A DNA stretch of 64,000 nucleotides from Trichinella spiralis (taxonomy: Eukaryota): NCBI RefSeq assembly GCF_000181795.1, contig NW_003526940.1, positions 1,213,527 through 1,277,526 on the forward strand, read 5' to 3'. Shown piece after piece: positions 24,150-44,431 of this stretch (position 1 is the stretch's first letter; the number at the start of each line of letters is the position of its first letter). Below the pieces are notes generated by a model. That model was not told where the DNA came from. It ran no database searches and saw only the letters and a list, made by a program, of their open reading frames with translations. Both the position numbers and the translations under genes were made by a program.

Positions 24150-26658
24150 ATATCTTAGTCATAGCCAGTTATTATTTCATATTTTGAATAGCCAGTTCCA
24201 TCAAACAAATGCCCTTCTCGAAATCGCTTCTCTGGATCGAGTGCATCTGAGCCATTTTTAGGAGAGTCGCCCATACCTTCAGTCTCTCAAAAACGTTAGA
24301 GCAAGTCTACAACTTTCAGCTCCACTGTAGCGCTAATCGCAGCAGCACACTAAAACGTTGGTCAAGGTCTTACCGGGCCTTCCCCATCAGATCACATTAC
24401 CTAAAAGCTGATGGTAATAATCGATGTTAGTCATGACATGTACTTCATCTGATGAGTCGTCATCAGAGATAAGATCCTATAATTGCAACTGTTCCCACTT
24501 ACTTGGCCAGCCGGGTCCCTGAAACCAGAAGGCGATGGCACAGGCTCCGCATGGTCAGCACCTCCATGGGGTTGCGCTTTGTACTCTGGCCGCCGTTAAA
24601 CCAACTTAGGAATAGCCGAACCACCTGAGAACTGGGATGCTCACGGGTTGCACCACTGAAGCCTTCAACCATCATTGGCTGACCTTCCCCACCAATCCTA
24701 ATGCTAACGCAACATTATGCCTGATAAACGAGTACTTAACCCCTGTGTCCAACAAACACATCACTGCCACTCCAGGACCTACAGCACCGTATGCCTTTGC
24801 TTGGATTGTATGAAAGTGGTTGAGCTGTCACCGCCTTTCCGAAACTAGGTTGGTTTGCATTATCGCAACGGCAGGAGATTTGCACTAAGAAGTGGGGTAT
24901 ACTACTCTTCTCAGAGTTGAAAGTGCCAACAGTAACCACCAGATCGACATATCTTGCAGATGGACTTTTCTTTCATCGGTTGCGCTTGCAGGCTGAAAAT
25001 AAATGCCCAGGCTTGAAGCAGAATTAGCAGAGTCGATAGGGGTTGCTATTTCCTGCTGCGTCTGGGGACTCGCCTGTCTCAAGTTCGATCACACCCGAAA
25101 GCATGTATTGTCTCTGACAGAAATCGCAGACGACATCTACGGAAGAACGGAGAAACTCCACAGTCTTTTGAGTTTCTCTCCCCTGACCAAAGCTTCTCAG
25201 CTTCTCAATTGCACTCATCGACCGCTTCTCCCGACGTAGTTTGCCTGACTTTTGACAGACTGTTCCAACTTCTCACCGTCTCAGATTGTCCAGAGTGATG
25301 ATGCTTTCTCTTTCTGAGGGGGCAACCGCTGCACGCCTCACAGCGGCCTTTTTTGGGTGAAGTTGAGGAACTCCTGCAGGTTGAGTCTCACACCACCCCT
25401 GATTGCGAGTATGCGAGTATGGGAATCCCATGCGAAATGATTCTCATGGGGAAATTTCTCTTTCAAGTAGGACAGCAAGGATTTGCCTGCGGTCAAATCC
25501 TGCTCAAAGGGTTTTTGCTGAGCTCAGTGAGGCATCACACATGGCTCGTGATCTCGTGCACTAAAGCCCAAGTGCGTTATTTGACATCCCAAAATGCCTT
25601 CAGATGTTCTTGAACAATAGTGCCTGAATTCAACAATTTGACGGCATGCGGGTAATATGCAACAGAATTACTCATCCCCTCGATAGCCGTCAGAGCGTCC
25701 GCAGAAAGCCCCGCCAGCAGACATGTAAATTTTGTGTTTTTCAAATCTTCACAACAGTAGACGTCAGCTTGGAAACGATTCCAAAAGGCTGGGAATTCGA
25801 GCGTCTTGGCTGACAACACTGGAAGCTTCGGTTCTGGCAACTTCTCATTTACCTGTGGCTTACTGATGCCACTGCGGTCAGGGGGTTCAGGTTTGACGTG
25901 GAACTCAGGTTACGTAGCTTCGAGCTGTCAGAACTTGGTGCGCACTGCTCAGCGGGCCTTCTGCATTCAGCCATAAAGTGTACGCCACTGAACGGCCTTC
26001 TTACACTGAGCAGCTTCCAACTGAGGCTGCAACTCTAACGTCTTATCATAAAAGGCATCCACTGCCTCCAGCAATTCTTCGATGTCGTCCAGATATAACT
26101 CCTCATCGCAGATTTGCGCCAATTCATCGACCATGTCACGAAGTTTCACCCTTCAAACCTCTACTTTGTTCGCCAGTGTCGGTCTTCATAGTGAATCGTT
26201 TTGAACAATGAGCGCACGTCAAATTAAGCGGATTACTCTTTGTCTACTGTCTAACTTCTGTGCCACAATCCAGCTCAGAGGAACAGAATCTTAGCGGCAA
26301 AACTGTTATCGATTGAATGCTAGTGGACTGTAATTTTTATTCAGAAATAGTTAAAATCAACAATGGTCACTTAACCGCAATCCGACTCATGTTTGCCTCT
26401 GAACGTGACACAAAACAATACAAACTGGGAGAAACACATTTCATTGAACGAAGGTGCAAGCTTAGGAACGGATACAAAGGTGGAAGGATAATTCACTACA
26501 CAATAAATAAACACAAACACAAAACAAGACGTTTATCATTGGCACTACAGCACAGATTACACACCTCTCCTTGCCAACTCATCCATTCCACTACCTAAAG
26601 GTAGCGCAAGCCACCGTAATCTGAATTCAGGTACAGAGCCACTTGGTCGCTTCCACAT
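24150..26658 (-). mobile_element. Decayed BEL/Pao LTR retrotransposon (LTR ~26300-26658, gag, protease relic)
   Basis: Pao gag DUF1759-like PKLPVLSAKTLEFPAFWNRFQADV...KFTCLLAGLSADALTAIEG...YPHAVKLL (25577-25840); Cys knuckle CDFCQRQ; aspartic protease VMCLLDTGVKYSFIR (~24718-24765). The LTR-like segment begins TGTGGAAG on the minus strand. Confidence 0.8.
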
Positions 26659-27554
26659 AATTTCGAACAATACAGTTTCATGTTTAGAGCTATAAAGATG
26701 CTAGTTGCTAATAACTTCAATATATTCATCAATTTTATTTAGTTTGCTTCTAAAACGAATCGTCATCTAAAATTTTCTACCACAAAAGTATATAACTTTA
26801 GTATCTACTACAAAAGTCATACTTGATTTTCTATATACGGTAGATGAAAATAACCTTGTTTTGCATTTTGTAGTTTTTTCCTTGAATATGTCGTTCATTG
26901 AAGATTCTATAAAATTTATGTTCCCACATGTGCAATATTTGCCAATAATTTACTTTTTACATATTAATTGCTTATTCATAAAAGATAATTCTGTTTGAAA
27001 CACTTTGGTTTGTGTATTTTACTTGCTTGTCAGTAACTACAGTGCAGAGAAATTCTACAGTATCACTGTGAGTTAAATAAGATGGTAAATGGAGTCGTTG
27101 TGTGCGTTAACCAGTACGGTTTATTCATTATTTGTGACATTCTTTAACCTTTAATTCACGCACTGCTATAGAAGAATTGTTTTCCCTACTGATACCGTCA
27201 GAATATGGTTAAATTAAAAAGATCATCATTGATCTCCTAAACGGAAAGAGATCACTAAACTTTCCACTTAGTATGTAAGTTCCCTTATTTACACTTCTTT
27301 CTGGAATAACAGAAGAAATTAGACTGCTTTGCACACACCCTCACTCAACTGATCATTCGTTGTGTTACATACTAGCCGGCTCAGTTATGAACATTTTTAA
27401 CTTGGCATGGCACCACAAAGAGGAATAAACTATTCACCGCTAGAGACATGTTTGCTGAGTCTGAATTACTGCGGAAGATGAAAAACAGATCGCTTTGCTT
27501 TGTTGGTTTCAAATAGGGCGTTAGGAATATTGTGTACAAGCATACTGGTTGCCC

Positions 27555-28390
27555 AGAAGAAGCAAAGAAGGTCAAAACAGAAGTTATAACTGCAAAATAA
27601 GAAACGAAAGGGGCAAACAGAAGCGAAAACGCTAAAGAATAAGCTAAAAGGTGAAAGCGAAAGCCAGAAATTCAGAAGAAGAAGCGTAAAAAGCTATACA
27701 GGTAGTGAAAAGATTAAAGAAGAAGTGAAAATGCAAAGAAATGAAAAAGCTAAAGAAAAAGCAAAAAGTTCAAGAGTGAAGGGAAAATGCCAAAAAGACG
27801 CTAAAAATGCTACGGAATAACCTGAAAACGCTAAAGCAGAAACCTGAAAGGCTGAAGAAAGGAAAAGGTCAAAATAGAAGTAACCAAACTACATCGAGGA
27901 AGTAAAAAGTTGTACGGAAACGAAAAAGGCTAAAGAAGAAGCTAAAAAGGTCGAAGTAGAAGTGAAAACGACAAAGAAGTGAAAAGGCTGTAGAAAATGC
28001 AGAAATGCTAAGGACGAATTGTAGAAGTCAACCAGACGCCAAAATGCTAAAGAATAAGCTGCAAACGCTAAATCAAAAGCTAGAAAGGCTGAAGAGGAAA
28101 GAAATATGCCAAAGAAGAAGCAAGAAAACTTCATAGAGGAAATGAAAAGTTGCACGCAAACGAAAAAGGCTGAAGAACAGGCTAAAAGCCTGAAGAAAGA
28201 TGAATTCATTGAAGCGTGAATGCTAAGGATGAATTGTAGAAGTCAACCAGACGCCAAGATGCTAAAGAATGGGCTGTAAACGCTAAATGAAAAGCTAGAA
28301 AAGTCAATCAAGAAGCAAAAAACTACAGTAGAAGTGAAAAAGGCAAAGCAGCAAAGAAGGAGTTCAAAGAGCCAACAAGGCTAAGAAGCC
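27555..28390 (+). repeat. Degenerate purine-rich tandem repeat coding for (K/E/A)-rich sequence with many stops; probable pseudogenised low-complexity ORF
   Basis: Recurring GAAGCTAAAAAGGCTGAAGAA-like units. A ~85 bp internal duplication at ~28003-28088 and ~28219-28302. No long + strand ORF. Confidence 0.65.
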
Positions 28391-29329
28391 AGCAGCTTTG
28401 CTGAATGTTGAATCATCGTTAGTAAAAAAACACATTTCTGGTATTCAGTCCACGCTACCTCGATTTTGAAAAAGGAGCTATAATTGTAGAGGTGAAGTTG
28501 GAATCTAATGAATGAGCTGCTGCCTCTTTTTTGATGAGGAAAATGATAATTAAAATGATCATCTCCTCTGATAACATCATTGGCTTTTTTGTTTCCTGTT
28601 TTCAGCAGTAGCTGCCTCCATTGCTGATAGCAACAAAAAATGTTTAAGAAGAGAAAAACTGAAACGCAAGTTGAAGCTGATTATTTACAGATGGTAATGT
28701 TTCATCACGTGTGTGTGAAGAACTGCACCCTGAAGAGTCAGAATTGTGCTTGCTTGCGTTTGCAGTTGTAGTAATGGCTATTTTGTTTTGCTGTGCCTAC
28801 TCGATAGCTTTGTGCTTTTTTGTTTGTTTATGTCATTGTAATGATATCTCATAATAAAGTTTGTAAAACTAAAAATAACATTTACTTTATCATAGCTGGT
28901 CTGATCTGAAGGCGCTGCTTCATCTAATGATTTGAACATTCTCATTCACGTTGTTTTAATTCAAAAATTGAATCATCGACTGACATTTATTCATCTGTGC
29001 ATAATTGACAAAATCCATCCAGACCTTACTGAAAAACATATAAATTTTGACAGAAAACAAGGCCCGGAATTGACTGAGAGATTCATCAGATATCAGATAA
29101 ATCAAGTGACATGAGAGTTGTTGTTAAATAAATCACGCAATACGGAAGTTGCTGATGAATGCACAAAAATGAGCCACGTGACATGCTTTTCACAAACAGC
29201 GCCATTGTGGAACCGCGTTAAGGGGAGAATTGCTGTGTATGACAATGAAGATTGCTTTATTTACTAGATTAGCTCCGTAATTTTCCAAAATAGTGAACAG
29301 CTATCTTATTGAACCTTCAAATCGTAGTT

Positions 29330-29580
29330 TTATTGGTTTTCTTTATGTGACTGCTCATTGATGCAAACTTTTCAATTGTGATTAGATGTAATATTTTTTC
29401 ATTTCATTTGTTTCAAATATCCCCATAAACGACTGCGCAACTTGAATAGTAATGACGTAATAGGGAAATTTTTTTTATTCCAAAATTATACTGAGTTTGG
29501 TTTTATCAAAATTAATGCATCATTCATTGAAATTTTGTTTTCTAATATATTATTAATGAAGTTTATACTTTTTGTGATTT
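29330..29580. repeat. Partial copy of the dispersed CCAAT-box repeat family
   Basis: Aligns by eye to ~30668-30918 and ~56045-56200 (ctcattgat.caaact.ttca..tgtga.ta..tg.aatatt...tttcatt.g.tcaaatat). Confidence 0.7.
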
Positions 29581-30604
29581 TTATCTTTTCACATTTTCAA
29601 AACTTTTATTTTTATAATTGCAACTGAAAAGTGCTAAGTGAAATTTCCCGTGCTATTGTCTTCCCTGTTTTGCCAAAAACAGAGATTCGTTTTTAAAGGA
29701 ATTTTTACTTTTTTGAAAGTTGCACATTCACATTTATTAAACATAGTTGTTTGCAGATTTTCATCAGAAGCTGTTCAGTAGTTGTGCAATAAATGGCCTT
29801 TAAGTTGGCCCGTCAACACTTGGTATAGATGCCCTCTTTTCACCTTTTATGAAATGCTGCAAAACTGCTTATTCCTCCATGTGTTGATGTTAGATGCGAA
29901 AGACAGAACAAAATATCAACAACTTCTCCTTACTTTTATATATATTTCTAAACATACATATATATATATTTCGTGTCAGAACAGCTAGTGTAGGTGCATC
30001 ATTCTATAGATTACTAGATGTCGACATTATTATAAATCTTGATTCACTCCATTCTACTTCGGTGAAAGACCTGGTATGACGCAGGGTGCACATGAAATCA
30101 TCCTTAAATTCTCTATTGAACTGAATTCAGGCACTACAATCGAGCGTTGCAAACTGCTGCCGGGCAAACAATAAATGGTTAACAGTGGCTGCTTCATTTC
30201 CTGGAGCGCTTTGATGGGTTGTTCCAATTGGCTACCTTGACATCTTTGGGTTTTCTCACTAGCAGGAACTATTCAACTTTCTGGAAACACCGTTACACGT
30301 AAAATTCTGCAGTATGTTCCTAGGTGCAGCGTTATCAATAAATTCAGGGTGAGTTCTAAATGGTTATTCTTGGTAAAGTGTGGAACCTACAATATTCACA
30401 AATGTCAGTTCTCTTTTGTTATCATTCAGTGCAGTCACTATACAACGCAATTACGCACAACACTATCACAGTTTACTATTCTAGCATATAGCAAAAGATA
30501 TAAGATGAACAGAAGTAACTACACTACCGCTTCCCAACTCTGCCGCCCAAGCAAAAAACCTCCAGTACTAATACTTAGGTGTAGGTATGGGTTTGGTACT
30601 ACTC

Positions 30605-30918
30605 GGTCCCACTTTTCTCTTATTGGTCTTTGCCCACGCTATTTTATTGGACCGTCAAATCTTTGTCGTATTGGTCTTCCTTGTCCAATTGCTCATTGAT
30701 TCAAACTCTTCAGATGTGAATATCTGAAATATTCTTTCCTTTCATTGGATCAAATATTCCATTTAGGATTACGTAACTTTAATAATAGTGGGCGTAACAT
30801 AAAAATGGAAATATTTATTATTCCAAAATTTTATTGTTTGTTTGAAGTTTTGTCATTCATTGAAATTCTGTTTATTTAAATATATTATTTGTGGTGAAGT
30901 TTATACTTTTTCATGATC
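30605..30918. repeat. Dispersed repeat family carrying 24-nt-phased ATTGG (CCAAT) boxes
   Basis: ATTGG at 30622, 30646 and 30670. Homologous to 49900-49980, 50020-50335 (inverted) and 55990-56200. Confidence 0.8.
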
Positions 30919-32294
30919 AGCATTCCCGAAAATAATTTTTATCATTATTCTATATTTTATTGTACTAAAGTGACGTTATATCAAATGCGATAGTCACAAT
31001 TCAGAAGAAAGAATACAAAAAATAACTTAAATAGTGATTTTTATTTTTCACCAACCATCAGCAGCAGTAAGAACAGTAAAGAACAGCCAACAATGGTCTA
31101 GTAGAGATTTCCCTCCTGATATATAAATCTGCTCTGACTGTTGTAAATAAATTTGTTGCCTGTTGAAATATATCAAGATTGGATGTTAACTTCCGGGTGT
31201 AATATCAGAATACTAAATAATCTGTTTGAAAAATCTGGAATGTTGTAGCAACACTCCCAATTTCCGGGTTACAAATGGCACTAATGCTAACGTTACGTGT
31301 TAGCTCGCAATTTCCCTTAATTTTACGCATGATTAGACGCATATGCCTTTGTCAAACATTCTTCGCTTTTCTCGTCACATCACATATGTTGGTAAAGGCG
31401 ATTTTAATACAAGGGAAAATGCACAAGTGACAAATTGTTCACAGTTGCAGCTTTCAAGCTTAACCAAGGAGTGACAAATACTAAATTGTTAGCATCTGAT
31501 GAATTTCTTGATTTTACTGGGAGTGTTCTACTTAAATCTTTCTTATTTGCAATCCAAGAATTTTACTTTAATATTTACAAAGTTTCTTTTGTTACAAAAC
31601 ATCCATATATGTATTTTATACATGTCGATGAGGTTTCCTGTTTGTATGAAAAATCCTGTTTGACGTTCATACATTTCATATAAAATACAGTCGAACTTCG
31701 TTAAGTGCATAAGATTTTGGCCGAAAAAAATTCCCTGTAGTTAATTATACGGTAATTTTCAGTATTTTCAGCCAAAACGTATGTATGCAAACAGAAAATG
31801 GTATGGTGCATTGGTATGGTTAGTACAGAATATGGTAAAAATGTATAATTTTTGGCAAAAATGTATGTATGTAAAAATGTATGGTAGGTATGTAAACAAA
31901 ATCAGCAATATTACAGATTTTGGGTCAGCTGTTGCACTACATTTTGTTGTGAATATTACGTTTGATTAAAGATAAAATCCATCTATGCATACTATTTTCT
32001 ATTCATAGGCCACCTCCACCATATTAATAATATGCAGGCATAGTAAAAAATGAATGTATGGAACAGCGAACACTGAAGTAATGAGATCAAACGTTGCAAT
32101 TGCCGATGTTACATATTCAGTTTATCACAATGGGGATGAAGAGGTGTGAATTTGCATGTGACATGCGGAAAAATATAAATGATGCGGTCGCTTCTAATGT
32201 ATGATTCTGAACAAAAATAATTGTTAGCGACAAAACCGTTGTCGCCTGTGAGCCGGTGTACAGTAATTTCTATTCAGCGGTTGGTCAAACCAAC

Positions 32295-32590
32295 AATGCT
32301 TACCTAACTGAAATCTGAATCGCGTTCACTTCTGAGCGTGGTACAAAGCAGTACAGACTAGTATAAACACACAGTCTATTGAACGAAGGTGCAAGCTAAG
32401 GAACAGATACGAACGTGCAAGGAGATGTCACAATACAATAAATTAAAAAACAAAGGCACAAAACAGTATGTTTATCATTGGCATGACTCATAGATCACGA
32501 ACTTCTCCCTGCTCACTCAGTCAAACTTCCGAGACTACAGAAAGCAATTATGTCCTGCATTCAGGTACAGAGCCATTAGGTGCGCCAGCA
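32295..32590 (-). mobile_element. Solo/partial LTR related to the BEL/Pao LTR at 26300-26658
   Basis: Shared blocks ATTGAACGAAGGTGCAAGCT.AGGAAC.GATAC, GTTTATCATTGGCA and ATTCAGGTACAGAGCCA. Confidence 0.75.
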
Positions 32591-32681
32591 ATTATTTTAC
32601 AATAGATCATTTAATTTGGATTAATTTACAACAACAAAAGCCAGTTCTGTCTTTCGTCCCCACGCAATTGTCTCCCATGTA

Positions 32682-35546
32682 CAACAGAACCTGAATCAAA
32701 AAAGCTCAGTTTATTGCTCACACCGTATATTCAATGCAAAACTCAAACACGTGGGAAAAAAACACTGACACTGAGGCAGTAACACAATTGACTAACCCCG
32801 AGGCACAAAACAACCAGACACGTCACGCAACCAGTGACCACCACGTGAGTCTACCAGATTCACTATGTATCTTTATTACCGTCTTGAAAATAATCAGGTG
32901 CATACTGTACCTCAGTTTACAGCAACTATGTTAATACAGTTTTCATACGTCACTTTGTCTAAATATATATATTATAACTGCAAACACTCTGGAAATTAGA
33001 ACTACATTAAAATAAATTTCTTTAAGTGGATGCTAATAATCACTAACAGGAATATATTTATATATCATCATAGCATCTTATTTTATTTTCTTCTTCATTT
33101 TTTATTATTCATTTTATTGTTCAAGTTTATTTTTATTAAAATGAATTAAAATATTCAGCTTCTAATTTTAACGGTTGATCAAAAATCTGCTCAAATTACG
33201 GTCTTCATTACGTACCTTAATATTAGTATTAGTACAGTATGCTATTGTTTTGACGTCACAGTTGGAACGTGTCAGCGTAACGCGTGAAATGCTACGTTGG
33301 CGACTGCGGTGAGATCAGCACCAGTCCCAAAACAGTTCATGGAAATTTCACCGCAATTTTGATGCTACTGCTGCACTGAGGATTTCAGTCCCTGAACTGA
33401 CCTGAAGCACTGGTTAAAGAAAGTTTAACAGTTCTTGCAGCTCATAACGTTCGATGAAGATCCACGAAGGACGCCGATTTCACCATGTTTTCTCATTGGA
33501 CGCTGATGCCATTCTCTTGGTCACCATGCGCTGCGTCCTAAGTGGAACAAACCATCCTGGATGACTTCGCTTCCAGCCCGCGTGATCTCCTCTCTGACGC
33601 CACTGTGGATAAGGAGGTACTTCACAGAGGGGGTGAGTAAAACTGCCTATCACAAACACTAGCCACTTTGAGCGTCGGTTCTCACGAAAAGGCCGTTTGC
33701 CGTCAGCGAAACAAACAAGCAGTAAGTCAGTCGGGTCTGCTGTGGTGCGACACGTCCAGTGGAATACCTAACCAAGAACAGCTAGCAGTTCAGTGACTTC
33801 ACTAAAGAATCGATTGAAGATGGAGATTGATTGACTCAGAAATCGAAATCAGAAAATGTCAATAGAACTTAAAAATTCAGGCAGAGTGTCTAAGGCGATC
33901 GCCGCTTCCCAGTGAATTTCAGAATACCACCGATGGGATCATTTCAATCATCAGCGGACCACCGAATTCATCAGATAGTTCAGAAATGGATGCAAATGAA
34001 ATGCACAAAATATTCACGTGGTATCATCGCCAGTGCCTGTCTCTAACACCGTCCCCTCGATTAGAAGTGAGGCAAAGGCTGTTTACCATTGTGAATAATC
34101 CTCTGCTCAGCGGCCACTTGAGCACCATCGACTGAACCAGAAGAAGATTATCAGGGCATGCAAATGTTGCCTTGGAAAGAACAGTGCTCTGATGCCTACT
34201 GACAGCTGCTAAATGAAATTGTTACTGTATTAGTATTAGGAGTGTTACGAAAGGAACTCCAACATCACCTGCCACTTTATCAAAACGAAAGAAACTCATC
34301 TCATGAAGAGGCCTCTGCAGCGGCTGACGTACCATCAGCGGCACATGGTGAAGCAATTGATGTAGGAAATGCACCAAAATTGGCTTTGTGAGCCATCATC
34401 ATAACCGTGGTCTTACCCGATGGTTCCTATGAAAAAGAAGGACGGATCATTCAGATTCTGCGTCGACTAACCGCTGCTGACGTTTCAGCAGCCCTGAAAA
34501 CTCCGATGAAAATCAAAACCGTTTAAAGATGGACAACCCTTTTTGAAATTTGATGACACACGAAAAGTCCTGCAGCCCATGAAATGTTTCTTGAGCATAG
34601 ACATGGGTAGTGGTTACTGGATGAGGCAGATAAAAAGAAAACTAGCTTTCCTTATGGTATCATATCTGTTCTGAGTGATTGCCTCCAGGTTGTCCAACGC
34701 TCTGGCTGGCTTCATCGTCTCATTGTAATTGTGTTTTCTGTGTAATTTTACTCTGGTTTACGTTTTTTGGAAAGACGACTCTTGCATCAATTACTGTATA
34801 TAATTCATCGCATAGAATTTTGAAACTTATTCCTAGTCTTTTTAAATCAAAACATTTTTGCGCACTTTACAAAAAGAAATGATAAAGGCCACGGCAGAAT
34901 CCCTTGATTTTCTGAAACCAGTGGAGCTGCTCTGTTATTTCATAAGCTTATATATATACATATTCGTTTGAATCTCGTTTATCAGTGTGTTTTTCTGTTC
35001 TCTACCTCGTTTTTTACTTTTTTATTTCTGTCATATTCATCAACTATTTTTGACTAGTATATTCTTCTGTCTAATAAAGAGTTTTACGCAAGCATCATGT
35101 TTATATTGAAAATCCTCATTGTCATTTTACACTTATTGCAGGAAGATTTAAAAAAAGATTGTCGATCATCACGTCCCTATTGAACTGGCTGTTCAAAAAG
35201 GATGCCAAATGTCATTGGTCGACGGAGTGCCAATCTGCATTCGACATGCTGAAAAATTGCTTCTACAAAAAACAACAACAAAGCACAACGAAATTGCAAA
35301 CATTTTAATGATAAATTACACAAATAATATAATAATATAATGACCAGTAATTAATAGATTCAAACATGAGTAGCATATCATATATGTGATCTGATGAGTA
35401 GAAATGAGAGCAAAATTATTTCAATAGAAATCATTTTAGATTTAATTGAACGATTTTACAAAAAAGATTGTTGTCCACCTGTGGTACCCCTGCCATATTG
35501 GAAAACTATCTGCCGTAGATAGGGGCGCAATGGATGGTAACTAAAT
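32682..35546 (+). repeat. Copy 2 of the ~2.9 kb direct duplication (includes the gypsy relic and the solo LTR at 34795-35131)
   Basis: Co-linear near-identity to 20892-24027; lacks the 22855-23109 insertion. Confidence 0.95.
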
Positions 35547-35856
35547 TCTGCAAACTTTTTTTATTCAACTTTTATTCTCTTTAACGTTTTACGTTTAAGA
35601 CGAGTAGAATCATTCGTAATTTATCATTTTGAATAATTTGAAATGTATATTTTGCTAGAGTAATATTTTGAAGATTTTGATTTTATGTATTTATTTTATT
35701 ATTAGATATTAAATGAATATTGTTTAAAACACTGATTTATTTTTTTCAATGTTTTTCCAAATGATCTTGTGCAGTCATACTTATATATGCATAATGCTTG
35801 TTGTTTTGCTTAGATGTTTTGTTTAGATGCAAATTTGAAATGTGACAGAAATGTGT

Positions 35857-42218
<6,362 letters not shown>

Positions 42219-44431
42219 AATAAACAAGCAACAATTACAGTATTTTTAATTTGTTTGTGAAATTAAAAAGTATATTTTGATATTAGCATATTCCAGCATA
42301 GGAAATGGGGCAATCTTGGAAGCTACCATGCTGTTCACCAGACCTATTGCCACAGACTTCCGCCTTCTTTGCTTGGTGAAAAAGCCACCATGTCATTGAA
42401 TCTAGTAAAGGTCTGTTCTGCAAAGCTGCAAAACATAACCAATCGAACAACGCATGCTCACTTGAATAAGCGCACATGTTGTGTCTGAACAAATCAATAT
42501 TAAGCAGGCATCGTTAGTTGTCGCAAAGCGAAAGGCGAGGAAACTGCCATCACGCAGATTATGCATTGACACATGGGACGATATCAATCAATAAGGACTT
42601 ATTTTACAGTGCTTTTAAATCAAAATTATTGTTACTCGACTTCTGCAAAATGATGGTTCAAAATATCCTTATATGCATATACAGAAGTCTATTAATAAAT
42701 AAGCATAAACATAATTATCTGTTGAAGTCATTGGTAAGTATTTTTATTGGTAAGCTTGTTGAAATTTAAATTAATTAATTAAATTGCGAAATATTTTAAT
42801 TTCTCTCAAAATTGGAATCATTGAGCTTGTTTCGATAAACTGAAATATTACATTTGCTTTATTATACATGAATCATTTATACAAATTAAATTTAATGATA
42901 ATTTTATCATAATTTTCTGTAACATGTGCTGCTTTCGCAAATAAAATTTTTTGAGGAACGAACTTTCATCTTATACAATAAAATTAATACAGCCTTGCTT
43001 CATTTGTAAATCTATATAATCTGCATTTTAAATATTAATTTCATGCAAAATTTAAATTAAGATTTTAAATGTTGGTTCTGCAACAAGCAAAATATGATTA
43101 ATGAAGTGCATATTTAAAACTTTGAATTCATTCCGCAAAATATTTGCATGAAAATTATTTTTCACTTTTCGAAATATAAAAAAGCAATTGCAAAAGAATT
43201 AAACTGATAAAATAGTATTCATTTTATGCATTTTTTTCATTTTGTAGATTCATCTTTATTTAGCTGTAAAGCAATTCATTTTCCACTACATCATACCATA
43301 TTTAAAACTTCAAATCACATAAATAATAACTACGCTTTTAATATTTTGAATCCAATGAAATTATTTCAAATAATATTACAATAATAACAAATTTGGGATA
43401 GAATCATAATTTTTCATATCAAAGGTGAATGCAGCTTTAGAGTTTCGAAAGAATTGCATTTATTAAGTTGGAATTTTTAATATAATAAAACAAGCAAAAT
43501 TATTTTGAAATTATAAAAAAACATTAAGCATCAGCTGTGCACGTTTGTTAAAATCAATTTATATTTACATCCAACTTTTTGCCAATTTTTTAACAGACAA
43601 TAAATTTTCGGTTTTTCAACTCAAAGCAAATTTTAATTTAAAAAAGGGCAATAACATGCAATAGAAGCAGTAAAAAATGTTGAAAAGTGGAAATCTCATT
43701 TTATTGTGCAGAGTAATATAATCAGTAACAAAACGTAATTTTTTAAAGTTCCTTATCGATACCTCTAAATTGCATGGTGCAGATTCATTGAAGTTCTAAT
43801 TGAATTGCAATGGTGACGCTTCTTCTGAGCTATAAAAGCAGTAATTTTAGTAGAAAATATTAAGTTATTACCAATTCAGACATGCTTTTCATAGAACTTC
43901 AAAATTTAAACTGTTTAAATGAATATAGTACGCTTGCAGTTTTATATAATTTATGTCCACAGTTTATGAAATTATAATTTCAAATTATTTTTTACTAATT
44001 ACAAATAACCATTTTTTATGTACATAATACTGCTGCCGCTATTGCATATTGCCTTTACTATATTCAATGACATTTACATAATATTACAAAACGTATTCTT
44101 TACTTTAAGCGTCTTAATTTTCTAGAGTATGTATGTGCTTATTTTGCATATAGATGCAGATGTTCACTGTTCAATCTGTAAAAATGTGGAAACAGAGTGC
44201 CGAAGTTGTATTTATTAAAATGTATTGTTTTTTATTATTTCAAGCAAAACATATATGAATGTAAAGCGTTTCAGTAAAATAAAATATAAATATTTGTCTG
44301 TAAAAGTAAAGTATCTAAAGCCATAAAATTTCATTTTAATTTGTGGTGATGTATGCTCAGGTTTTGTCTAAATTATGTAAACAAAGGGATAATAGAATTC
44401 GATTACATTTCCTCTTGCGTTCTCTTATTAA

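Noticed and set aside
27889..28209. Phe/Ser/Leu-rich hydrophobic ORF on the minus strand
   Set aside because: Antisense shadow of the purine-rich K/E repeat.
30622..30700. Repeat-spacer pattern resembling a CRISPR array
   Set aside because: Only 5-8 nt cores and 3-4 units, in a eukaryotic context with no cas genes.
31686..31760. TACAGTCGAACTTCGTTAAG, a Tigger-like terminal repeat
   Set aside because: No partner TIR or transposase remnant could be found, so it cannot be delimited.
42283..42587. Short ORFs upstream of sad-1 with a faint resemblance to a CENP-B HTH (HALFDWLCFAALQNRPL)
   Set aside because: Too little similarity and no TIRs or continuation; more likely promoter or 5' UTR sequence.
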